Positions 8,709-16,384 are shown, counted from the first letter of the stretch. The stretch: DNA of 54,618 bases from Deltaproteobacteria bacterium RIFOXYA12_FULL_61_11 (GCA_001799195.1 MGSU01000066.1:1-54618); one strand, 5' to 3'. The notes: generated by a model not told the origin, from the letters alone. Made by a program: numbers and translations.

Positions 8709-10150
8709 TGCCCCCGCTCCGTGGTGGCCTTGGGCGGATAGACTTCCTGGAGGTTGAAGTAGTCCTTCAGTTCGCTGTTGGCGTCCTTGGCGAACTCCAG
8801 GATGCGCGGGGTGATGAAGATCATGAACTGGGCCCGGTGCATGGAGAAGTCGCGCGTCTTGAACAGGGTGAAGAGCCCCGGCGCGGCCTCGGTCTCAGGA
8901 GGTTGCCGGTCGCGGACGTTGGCCGTGCTGGTACGCAGGATGCCCCCAATGACCACGCTCTCGCCAGAGCGCACGATCTGGTGCGTGGACACCTCGTTGC
9001 GGTCCACGACAAAGGTCCCGGCCGCGGTCGGGGTGCCGAGGGCGGCGACCTTGACCTGGATCCCGAGTTCGATCTCGTTGAGGATCTTGCGAGGCGAGAC
9101 CATGAAGGTCACGCCGATATCCTCGGTGGTCATCTTCGAACCCTCCTCGGTGGCCACCGGGATCATGATCTTGCTGCCCGCGAAGACCATGGCCTGCCCC
9201 CCGTCCTTGACCGACACGGTAGGGTTCTCCATGACCCGAACGACACCAAGCGATTTCATATAGTTGAGTCGCGGTATCAGGTCCGAGAACATGGCCGTGA
9301 CGCCGCCGGTGGTGGTGCTGGAATTGGAGGTCGGGTCGAAGAAGACGTGCATTTCGGCCTTGGCATCCGGGAAAGGCGTCCACTTGAAGAGGAAGTTCTG
9401 GTTGAGCATCTTGGTGAGCTCGATGTAGTGGGCCGTGATCTGGATGGTGTCGGCGCGCTCCGGACGCTTCTGTTCTTCGACCACGTCGAGGGCATCCACC
9501 ACGCTGGTGGGTGGGTCCCAATAGAGCTTGGCCAGCCGCATGGCCCGGTCCCGGGCCTTCTCGCTGTAGACCCGACCCTTGAGGATGAGCTTATCGCGGA
9601 AGGCCTGTACCTCGATATCGGGTTCGCCAATTTCCCGCTTGATCTTCTGGGCCAGGATCCGCTTGAAGTCTTGGCTCACCGTGACCTTGAGCACCACGTC
9701 ATCGCTGCCGGCCACGACCTGGTTGATGACCTTGAGGTCGTCTTGGAAGAAGACCTCACCCTCGACCACGACCTTGCCCCCGACTTGCCGGACCTCGACC
9801 CCGTCGATGTCTTTGAGCATCAAGCGCAATTCCTCGGTGAAGCGCTCGAGGTCGCGGGAGAAGACGGTGATGTTGATCACCTCGCGTTGCTTACCCTTGT
9901 CGTCGTAAATGATCAGCACGGTATCGCCCTTGGCCACGGGCACCAGGGTGACCTTCTTGGTCTCGCGATCCGCGAGATAGTTGCAGACCTCGGGTTTACC
10001 GATGTGGATGTCCCCGAGGGGATAGGCGAAGAAGAGGTTCTTGGGATTACCCACGACCAGGGTGTGTTTGACCGTTTCCTCGGCTCTGACCTCCGTGGCC
10101 CCGAGGAGAACGGAGAAGATCACCGGGAGGATAATCAAACAAGGTTTCAC
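8705..10150 (-). CDS. cpaC: Tad secretin (CpaC/RcpA family)
   Basis: C-terminal secretin domain ('VSPRKILNEIELGIQVKVAAL...VVIGGILRTS...LFKTRDFSMHRAQFMIFITPRIL'). I place the start at GTG 10150 ('VKPCLIILPVIFSVLLGATEVRAEE' signal peptide, AGGAGC about 10 nt upstream). The ORF-track start at 10342 would overlap cpaB. Confidence 0.85.
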   Translation of the reverse strand: MKPCLIILPVIFSVLLGATEVRAEETVKHTLVVGNPKNLFFAYPLGDIHIGKPEVCNYLADRETKKVTLVPVAKGDTVLIIYDDKGKQREVINITVFSRDLERFTEELRLMLKDIDGVEVRQVGGKVVVEGEVFFQDDLKVINQVVAGSDDVVLKVTVSQDFKRILAQKIKREIGEPDIEVQAFRDKLILKGRVYSEKARDRAMRLAKLYWDPPTSVVDALDVVEEQKRPERADTIQITAHYIELTKMLNQNFLFKWTPFPDAKAEMHVFFDPTSNSSTTTGGVTAMFSDLIPRLNYMKSLGVVRVMENPTVSVKDGGQAMVFAGSKIMIPVATEEGSKMTTEDIGVTFMVSPRKILNEIELGIQVKVAALGTPTAAGTFVVDRNEVSTHQIVRSGESVVIGGILRTSTANVRDRQPPETEAAPGLFTLFKTRDFSMHRAQFMIFITPRILEFAKDANSELKDYFNLQEVYPPKATTERGQ

Positions 10151-10178
10151 GAGGCCCACTGCTCCTGCGGTACCGCGA

Positions 10179-11018
10179 TCACCGAACACCCCGGATGTCC
10201 AGGTAAGGAGCTTTGTCCGGCACATGAATGGGTTCCTTCTCGTTGACGATGGTATAGGGCGTCTGCGGCAACAGGGTTTCCTCGCGGCCCGCGTCGAAGT
10301 GCGAGCGCAGGACCAAACTGATGGACCCCAGATCCTGCGCATGGATCAGCTTGTGGGCCTCGACGGGACGCAGGGACAGGGTGACGTTGCGGGCGAAGGT
10401 CTGATAGTTCCGCGAGTCGTTGGGATCCTTGGAGAACGGAGCGTCGACGAACCGATAATCGCTGCCCACGGCCAGCACCAGGATGTTCTGGAAGAGCAGA
10501 TAGGTCTTGGTGTCGAGTTGCGGAGGTCGATACGCCTGCATCTGGCCCTGCTGGCGATCGGCCGAGGTGGGTACTTTGAACTTGAAGGTACCGAAGATAT
10601 CGACGAAGTTGCCCGGCCTCACCAAACCATTTAGCCCGCTGACGTCGGAAACCCCCAGGGTCAGCGCGCGCATGCCTTCGGGCACGCGCAGGGCGAGATG
10701 GGTGTCCTCGAAGCGGCTGAGTTTGGTCTTGGTAACCTGTTCACCGGCATTGACGGTCAGGGAGGTCAGGCTGCCGACCACTTCATTGGGGTCGGAGAGG
10801 GCCTGGGGTTGCACAAACTGCTTGGGTACCTGGTCGACCCTGACCATGGTCGGTTCGATGCGCTGGTTGAACAGGATGTCCTGGGTGGCCACGACCACGG
10901 GCACGGGTTCGTAGGGGCCCAGGGCTTGGTCGATCTGGTTCCGGAGATACGTGGCGTGGAGGAAGACGGCAAGGCCTCCAAGGGCAAGGGCGATCAGTAA
11001 CTTCCGGCGACTCTTCAT
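10179..11018 (-). CDS. cpaB: Flp pilus assembly protein CpaB/RcpC (SAF domain)
   Basis: 279 aa with an N-terminal TM anchor 'RKLLIALALGGLAVFLHATYL', then 'VPVVVATQDILFNQRIEPTMV', typical of the CpaB SAF domain. Located immediately upstream of the secretin. Confidence 0.85.
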   Translation of the reverse strand: MKSRRKLLIALALGGLAVFLHATYLRNQIDQALGPYEPVPVVVATQDILFNQRIEPTMVRVDQVPKQFVQPQALSDPNEVVGSLTSLTVNAGEQVTKTKLSRFEDTHLALRVPEGMRALTLGVSDVSGLNGLVRPGNFVDIFGTFKFKVPTSADRQQGQMQAYRPPQLDTKTYLLFQNILVLAVGSDYRFVDAPFSKDPNDSRNYQTFARNVTLSLRPVEAHKLIHAQDLGSISLVLRSHFDAGREETLLPQTPYTIVNEKEPIHVPDKAPYLDIRGVR

Positions 11019-11070
11019 GACTGTGCCACCACTTTTACCTGTTTATTATCAACCCGTTGAAAAACAACCG

Positions 11071-11099
11071 AGTGTACCCCGAATGCCGGTGACTGTCAA
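11071..11099 (-). promoter_or_regulatory. Candidate sigma70-type internal promoter upstream of cpaB
   Basis: The minus strand reads TTGACA (11099-11094), a 17-nt spacer, then TACACT (11076-11071), about 50 nt upstream of the cpaB ATG. It lies in the only sizeable (146 bp) gap inside the pseudopilin-to-phosphatase gene string. Confidence 0.35.
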
Positions 11100-11164
11100 C
11101 GACGCCAAGCAATTGCGCCGAGGGGTTGCGACCTGCTGCCCACCACCTTCGTGCGGCGGTTCTT

Positions 11165-11695
11165 TCAGTACGTATCCACAATATCAGCCTGACCACGCAA
11201 GAGGTTGCGTTCGCTCTCAGAGATTTGCTCAATATTGGACCGGTAACTCGAAAGATAGGGGGGGATGAACACGGGGCCAGAGGTAGGTCCGAGGTATCTC
11301 CCCATGTGATTCAACACTTTCACGGCTAAACTGGAATCGAAGTGAGACGGGAAGAACGGCAGCCGATACTCGAGGGTCACCGTTGCTCGCAGGAAATCGA
11401 AATGGCCGACCTGACTTGTCCCCGTGGTGGTAGCCGCTTGCGTGTAGGCGATCGGGCGGGTGACAAGCCCGGCATCCAATTCAGGGGCGAACGCCGACCA
11501 GTGATCGGGACGATTGAACAGCTCCTGCATGACCACATTCCTCAGGAGCAGGTGTTTCGGGAGTTCGTGCCGCATGATACGTAGATAGAAACTCGCCATC
11601 ATGAGCAAGAAGACCCAAACGAACAGCAACACAAAACTCATCTCGACGACCGCCTGACCTCTTGTACCCTGACCTCTCTTCCCTCTCACGAGCAT
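11165..11695 (-). CDS. TadE-like pseudopilin
   Basis: 176 aa. The N-terminus 'RGQAVVEMSFVLLFVWVFLLMM' fits the TadE/TadF prepilin-like motif (G/Q-x-x-V-E followed by a hydrophobic helix). Confidence 0.6.
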   Translation of the reverse strand: MLVRGKRGQGTRGQAVVEMSFVLLFVWVFLLMMASFYLRIMRHELPKHLLLRNVVMQELFNRPDHWSAFAPELDAGLVTRPIAYTQAATTTGTSQVGHFDFLRATVTLEYRLPFFPSHFDSSLAVKVLNHMGRYLGPTSGPVFIPPYLSSYRSNIEQISESERNLLRGQADIVDTY

Positions 11696-11702
11696 GGGAA
11701 CC

Positions 11703-13784
11703 TCAGTGCTTGAGTTCGGCGGCCGGGACCGGACGGTTATTGAGCCAAACCTGATCTCGAAACAGCTTCATCAGGGTGTCGAAGGTGGTACTACCCCCCA
11801 TATCGTTGAGCGGATTCGCCAACCCTCCCCCTGTCGCGGCGCGGCCATGATACGCGATGAAAGCGTGATCATTGAGAAGATATCGGGCGGTATCCATGAT
11901 CGTCCCGGGAAGCACCGGCACCGAGCCGCCGAGCAGGTGGGGAAGGTCGGCGCGCAGCGGGATCAACCCCGGCATCAGCGGGTTGACCAAGGCCTGGTCC
12001 AGGCCGACGTAATCCCAAGGAAAGGGCCACCGACGACTGATGAGTTGGGAGTAGAAGTATTCTCCTTGAGAGAAATCTGTCGGATCCCCGGGAAGGAAGG
12101 AAGGAGTCGCGGCTGTCAGCGGGAAAGCCATACCAGCCACCAGCGCGACATTCTGAGGATCGTTCTTGCTCGTGCTCCTCATCGGCAGGTTGATCGAGGC
12201 CACTTCGAAAGGCTGCACCAGAGCCGAGGTGAGGTGCATTTGCACGATCGGACTGTGATGCTGCACGTCCTTGTGCTGGGTCATGCCCTGGTTCGCGCTG
12301 CCGCGATACGCTGCGGCCGACGCCCACGCCATCACCGCCGGCGACCACTTCCGGCCGAAGGTGGACGAGAAGTTGGAATAGGTGAACGGAACCTCTTGGC
12401 GCTCGATCATCTCCAGGGGCGCAGGGGAGCGTTCCGAGCTGATGAGCCCGCGGCCGCGCGGGGTGGAGCCGTGCGCAACCCCCACGGTGACCGAGGGGGT
12501 GCCGTGGACCGTGGGATCATAGAGAATACGGCGGGGGATCATCCCCTCTTGGCAATATTTCCTGGCCAAGCGCCAAGCTTCATTGGCAACCCCTGGATCC
12601 TGACAGGTCTGCGCGGTGTTGCCGGTGCTGCACATACCCGGGCCCATCTCGTAGAGATGATACGGCACGATGTAGCGCATGTTACCGGTCAGGATGTCAC
12701 AGGTATAGGTGGGAGTACCCTCTGCGATGAAGGTGAAGGGTACGAAAGGGACACATTCCACCTTGATCCCCTCGGCCCCACCGATACCCCGGTACATGGG
12801 TTCGGCATAGACATAGATCTCTTCGTCGCGCAAGGAGCGGAGATTGCTGGCAACCACGGAGTATGCCATGCGCCGGGCGGAAGCTGCCGCAGCGGTATCG
12901 ATGTTCCTCCAGGCGGTGGAGACCAACTGGTCGAGCTCGGTGAGATAGCCCCAGAGCTCTTGTTCGATGAAGCGCAGACCGCGGATCCAGGGATTGAGCA
13001 AGGCCTTCTGGTACACGGGTAACGGTCTCGGGGGAGGCAGGGATGGATCGGTGGTGAGGCAATCCCAATCGTTCGAGCCGTTGGTGTCACAGCAGGTGAC
13101 CGCGGGATTGCCGCCCAATATATTGGAATAATAACCTGGATCGACAGCGGCATTGGAATTGTAGAACATCCAATTCGAAATGTACCGCTCGAAGGTCAGG
13201 TCCTGCAACTCCGGATTGCGCCACGCCGTGCCGGGGGCATAGACCGCATTGCTCATGGCCAGGACGTTACGGCAATTGACATAACCGGTAATCGTGCCGT
13301 TGTGGATGAAATTCGTGCCTGCAATACCGAAGGGGGGCGGGGTCAACCCCGGCATCGAGCACTGCACCCCCGAGGTCTGATGGACCAGGATGCGGAACAG
13401 GTCCATGATGCGTTCGTTGATGTGGGTCAAGCGGTTGGATTTGAGCGACGGTTGGACCGTGGCCAGTTGGGAACCGCCGAGACCCATGTGCCCCGCCACC
13501 CCGGCATACCGTTCCACCGTGCCGATGAGCGAGGCATCGGCTACTCCGGAATCGAGATAGACCGCCCGGACATGCGCCCCGACCATGGCGGCCAGATCGA
13601 CGATATTCTGCACCTTGATCTTGAAGGTCACGAGCTGGGCGGTGTTCAACACCATTTGCAGCACCACCAGGACGAGGAAGATGGAAAAGATGAAGGCGAT
13701 CATGGTCTGGCCGGGGCGAGACCTTCGCCGCAGAGGACGGATCCTGCACGGTGCGCGACGGTCAGGGTCCACAGAACCTCCCAT
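11703..13784 (-). CDS. TadG-like large pseudopilin/minor pilin (Tad_N-type N-terminus) with Cys-rich C-terminal region
   Basis: 'RPGQTMIAFIFSIFLVLVVLQMVLNTAQLV...VQNIVDLAAMVGA' matches the TadG N-terminal pattern. In-frame ATGs occur at 13784 and 13703. The ORF-track N-terminus (13785..14486) is off-frame sequence over the neighbouring TadE-like gene. No obvious vWA MIDAS motif was seen. Confidence 0.65.
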   Translation of the reverse strand: MGGSVDPDRRAPCRIRPLRRRSRPGQTMIAFIFSIFLVLVVLQMVLNTAQLVTFKIKVQNIVDLAAMVGAHVRAVYLDSGVADASLIGTVERYAGVAGHMGLGGSQLATVQPSLKSNRLTHINERIMDLFRILVHQTSGVQCSMPGLTPPPFGIAGTNFIHNGTITGYVNCRNVLAMSNAVYAPGTAWRNPELQDLTFERYISNWMFYNSNAAVDPGYYSNILGGNPAVTCCDTNGSNDWDCLTTDPSLPPPRPLPVYQKALLNPWIRGLRFIEQELWGYLTELDQLVSTAWRNIDTAAAASARRMAYSVVASNLRSLRDEEIYVYAEPMYRGIGGAEGIKVECVPFVPFTFIAEGTPTYTCDILTGNMRYIVPYHLYEMGPGMCSTGNTAQTCQDPGVANEAWRLARKYCQEGMIPRRILYDPTVHGTPSVTVGVAHGSTPRGRGLISSERSPAPLEMIERQEVPFTYSNFSSTFGRKWSPAVMAWASAAAYRGSANQGMTQHKDVQHHSPIVQMHLTSALVQPFEVASINLPMRSTSKNDPQNVALVAGMAFPLTAATPSFLPGDPTDFSQGEYFYSQLISRRWPFPWDYVGLDQALVNPLMPGLIPLRADLPHLLGGSVPVLPGTIMDTARYLLNDHAFIAYHGRAATGGGLANPLNDMGGSTTFDTLMKLFRDQVWLNNRPVPAAELKH

Positions 13785-14373
13785 ATCCGAGCACGCCGCG
13801 TTCGAGCCGATAGGGCGAGGTGACCCGGACTTCGTGCCACAATCCCTGAGCGAGGACCCCGAAGATGTTCCCGAGACCGGACCGTGACCTGAAGGGATAG
13901 GCCACCCGGAGGAGCCCGTAGCGAGGCCTTCTCGTTTCGTTGCAGCCCCCGAAGGCGATGTTCTCCGTCGCTCGATGTTCCACCGCGATATGCCCGGGTA
14001 GCCCGGCCGGAGGGAGGTAGAAGTCCATCTCGGTGCGATACCGCGGGAATTCGAGAGAGGTTTCCCCCAGTTCGATGTCCGACATCTCGGTATCGACCTT
14101 GACGACAGCCCCGGAGGACAGGCCGAGGAGACTATTCCTGGCCATGGGGAGCGCCCGCAGTAGGATCTCGTAGCCGACCTCCTTGAACAGGGGCGCACCC
14201 TGGGTGCCGGGGAAGCGCCCGTACACCTGATAGGATCGGGCAGCCATGAAGGCCGCATATTGGGCCACGGTGCGTTCGACGAAGAACATGCCCAGGTCGA
14301 AGAAGAGGAAGAGCACCCCGAGGAAGAGGGGCAGCACCAGGGCGAACTCGACGACCGTCTGGCCGCGGCGCTC
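13762..14373 (-). CDS. TadE-like pseudopilin (5' boundary unresolved)
   Basis: 'ERRGQTVVEFALVLPLFLGVLFLFFDLGMFFVERTVAQYAAFMAARS' is a strong TadE motif. No ATG/GTG/TTG lies in frame between this motif and TTG 14514. The coordinates given therefore start at the first codon after the Flp-like stop. Confidence 0.6.
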   Translation of the reverse strand, partial: ERRGQTVVEFALVLPLFLGVLFLFFDLGMFFVERTVAQYAAFMAARSYQVYGRFPGTQGAPLFKEVGYEILLRALPMARNSLLGLSSGAVVKVDTEMSDIELGETSLEFPRYRTEMDFYLPPAGLPGHIAVEHRATENIAFGGCNETRRPRYGLLRVAYPFRSRSGLGNIFGVLAQGLWHEVRVTSPYRLERGVLGYGRFCGP

Positions 14374-14644
14374 AGGGAAACGGCGCGCAGATGGTCTGCT
14401 CGGTCTGGTAGAAGAAGAGCTCCAGGAAGCCCATCTGCTCGGGTAAACCCGCCTGCACGCGCTTGGTCTGGTGAATAGGGCCCCACAGGAGGTTGTTCTC
14501 CTGATGCCTCGCAACCAACTGATGGAAGAACATGGCCAACAAATAGGCCACACAGACGCAGAGCGCGTACTCGGTGGTCGTCTGGGCTCGGCGGCGGGAG
14601 CGGTTGGCTCGGGTTCGGACCACAGCATTATTTCCCGGCCTCAT
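14372..14644 (-). CDS. Atypical Flp-family pilin-like protein (90 aa, Ala at -1)
   Basis: 'RSRRRAQTTTEYALCVCVAYLLAMFF' parallels the bona fide Flp motif 'RSRRGQTTTEYALIVGG', but Ala replaces the cleavage-site Gly and a ~45-aa C-terminal extension is present. ATGA overlap with the lipoprotein stop at 14641-14644. Confidence 0.55.
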   Translation of the reverse strand: MRPGNNAVVRTRANRSRRRAQTTTEYALCVCVAYLLAMFFHQLVARHQENNLLWGPIHQTKRVQAGLPEQMGFLELFFYQTEQTICAPFP

Positions 14645-15987
14645 CGCCAGGCCGAGGAGGAAAGGGGGGTTGCCGCGGTGGGGAGGAAACCGGGGGCCGT
14701 GGGGAGACCGGGAGCCGCCACCGCACCTGCCGGCGTACCGATGGTCGAGGGAGCGACCTGGCCCGTTGCCGCAACCGGACTAGTACCGCGCGCCATGGTC
14801 ACGTCGTTGCACGTGTTCCGACCCGTGAGCGCGGTAGGAGCGGCGCGGCGGAAGTAGAAGGACACGGGCTTGAGGCCCTCGTTCTTCTTCTGGGAAATGC
14901 CGCTGAGGGCGATCTCGATAATGGTATTGGGCAGCGCCTTGTTGGCTTCGACCATGCCGGTGGGATCGCCGGTCGCCACGCCGGCCGTCGACGTGGCGGG
15001 AATCTCGGCGCAGGTCGAGGCTCCTCGAACCGGGTTGTAACCATTGAGGGGCACCGTTGCCGCCATGGTAGGGGTGCCTTCCGGCAGGACTTCGACGTGA
15101 TCGCACCAGCCGTTGCGCGCATCGCCGACGACTCCGGGGAAGGCCGCCCACGTCGTAACCTGAGCACAGGGCGCATCCTTCACGCTGAAGGTATAGACCT
15201 CGGTGGCGCGGCTGCGCATGGGTACCAGCGCGATCTGACCGACGACGGGCAGCAGGGAATACGTTCCCTGGATGCTATCGTTGCCGCGCTGCCACGAGAA
15301 GGAGTATCCCTCTCCAAAAACAATGCGCTGGCCACTCTGATCGGTGAAGGCCACACCGATCAAGCGCTGGGCATCAAGGGGCAGCGAATTACCGGGCAAG
15401 GGGGCTCCCCCGACCCCAGCCGTGGCCGGACTGACCGCCAGGGGGGTCTCTCCGGAAACACCCCTGCTGCCGCCGAGCATCATCTTCATATAGGAGTACA
15501 TCATCATCATCTGCATGGGCATCATCATCGCACCCATGCCCTGTTGCATGATGCTCATGAGATTGGGACCACCTTCGTTCAATCCCTGGGCCGCGGCGAC
15601 CTGATCCGTGGTCTGGAGGGCACTGCTGAAAGGATCGGCATCCTGGTAGTTCAGCGCTCCGTCCCCGTCGGTGTCTCCCTGAGGATTATTCACCTGGGCG
15701 AGGTTGGGAAGCTGGCTGGTGTCGATACCGGTCTGCTCTTCCCAGGCCTTGGCCTCTTCGGTCGTCACCTGGCCGTCGCCGTCCGCGTCGGGTTCGGGGA
15801 ACGATTGGGCCGTGCGCGCTATCGGGTCATCAAGGGAGCTGACCGATGGATCTTCCGGATCGAGGCTCGGTGCTTTCACCCCCGTGCCGGAATCGTAGCC
15901 GGACCCCCCACAACCGGTCAGACCACCGACGAGGAGGATCCCGAAGAGCGCCACGGTCGAGGAACGTTTCATGCCGAAGAGGGTCAT
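14641..15987 (-). CDS. Tad-locus lipoprotein with two EF-hand-like Ca-binding loops and a Met-rich segment
   Basis: Lipobox 'LLVGGLTGC'. Loops 'DADGDGQVTTEE' and 'DTDGDGALNYQD'. Met-rich run 'LMSIMQQGMGAMMMPMQMMMMYSYMKMM'. The C-terminal ~270 aa are beta-rich with 4 Cys. An alternative start is ATG 15972. Confidence 0.7.
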   Translation of the reverse strand: MTLFGMKRSSTVALFGILLVGGLTGCGGSGYDSGTGVKAPSLDPEDPSVSSLDDPIARTAQSFPEPDADGDGQVTTEEAKAWEEQTGIDTSQLPNLAQVNNPQGDTDGDGALNYQDADPFSSALQTTDQVAAAQGLNEGGPNLMSIMQQGMGAMMMPMQMMMMYSYMKMMLGGSRGVSGETPLAVSPATAGVGGAPLPGNSLPLDAQRLIGVAFTDQSGQRIVFGEGYSFSWQRGNDSIQGTYSLLPVVGQIALVPMRSRATEVYTFSVKDAPCAQVTTWAAFPGVVGDARNGWCDHVEVLPEGTPTMAATVPLNGYNPVRGASTCAEIPATSTAGVATGDPTGMVEANKALPNTIIEIALSGISQKKNEGLKPVSFYFRRAAPTALTGRNTCNDVTMARGTSPVAATGQVAPSTIGTPAGAVAAPGLPTAPGFLPTAATPLSSSAWR

Positions 15988-16048
15988 CAGCTCACCTCGA
16001 TTGGAAGAAGACCTCGTAGGTCATGCCCCAGGACCCGTCCCAACATCT

Positions 16049-16064
16049 CCTCCACGGTTGGAGG
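16049..16064 (-). other. Perfect 6-bp/4-nt-loop hairpin in the flp-lipoprotein intergenic region
   Basis: The minus strand reads CCTCCA-ACCG-TGGAGG, 51-66 nt after the flp stop. It has no U-tract, so it is not a canonical intrinsic terminator. Confidence 0.3.
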
Positions 16065-16114
16065 TAGAAAGCCTGCTAAGATCGGAGAGTATCCCCCACC
16101 TTGCTCCGGATACC

Positions 16115-16303
16115 TCAAGGAATGACGTTCCCACCCGAAATACCGGTACTGACCTGATTGCTCAACAAGCCCAACCCGGTGCTGATCATCGTGTAGAGTT
16201 GGCTCTTGAACAACAGGAACACGACGAGGGCGACCCCCCCGACGATCAGGGCGTACTCCGTGGTCGTCTGACCACGCCTCGAACGAAGCCTCTCGAACAA
16301 CAT
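16115..16303 (-). CDS. flp: Flp/Fap-family pilin (62-aa prepilin)
   Basis: 'MLFERLRSRRGQTTTEYALIVGGVALVVFLLF...' carries the G/xxxxEY Flp motif and hydrophobic helix. GGGGAGG Shine-Dalgarno 6 nt upstream of ATG 16303. The ORF-track start 16393 is an upstream extension. Confidence 0.85.
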   Translation of the reverse strand: MLFERLRSRRGQTTTEYALIVGGVALVVFLLFKSQLYTMISTGLGLLSNQVSTGISGGNVIP

Positions 16304-16343
16304 GCTGGCCTCCCCTCGAACGAATCTCCTACCGACACTTTGG

Positions 16344-16373
16344 AATATAGCCCACGGTTCGGGCCCCACGCAA
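16344..16373 (-). promoter_or_regulatory. Candidate promoter for flp
   Basis: The minus strand reads TTGCGT (16373-16368), an 18-nt spacer, then TATATT (16349-16344), about 40 nt upstream of the flp ATG. Confidence 0.3.
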
Positions 16374-16384
16374 CTGGAAAAAGT

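Noticed and set aside
10151-10342. ORF-track N-terminal extension of the secretin gene to 10342.
   Set aside because: It overlaps the 3' end of cpaB and encodes Arg/Cys/Pro-rich sequence. GTG 10150, preceded by AGGAGC, gives a normal signal peptide.
13785-14486. N-terminal 234 aa of the 927-aa ORF 11703..14486, suggesting a giant TadG.
   Set aside because: This part is Ser/Arg/Pro/Cys-rich junk and overlaps, out of frame, the clear TadE-like motif gene. The TadG-type N-terminal motif appears only at about 13700-13784.
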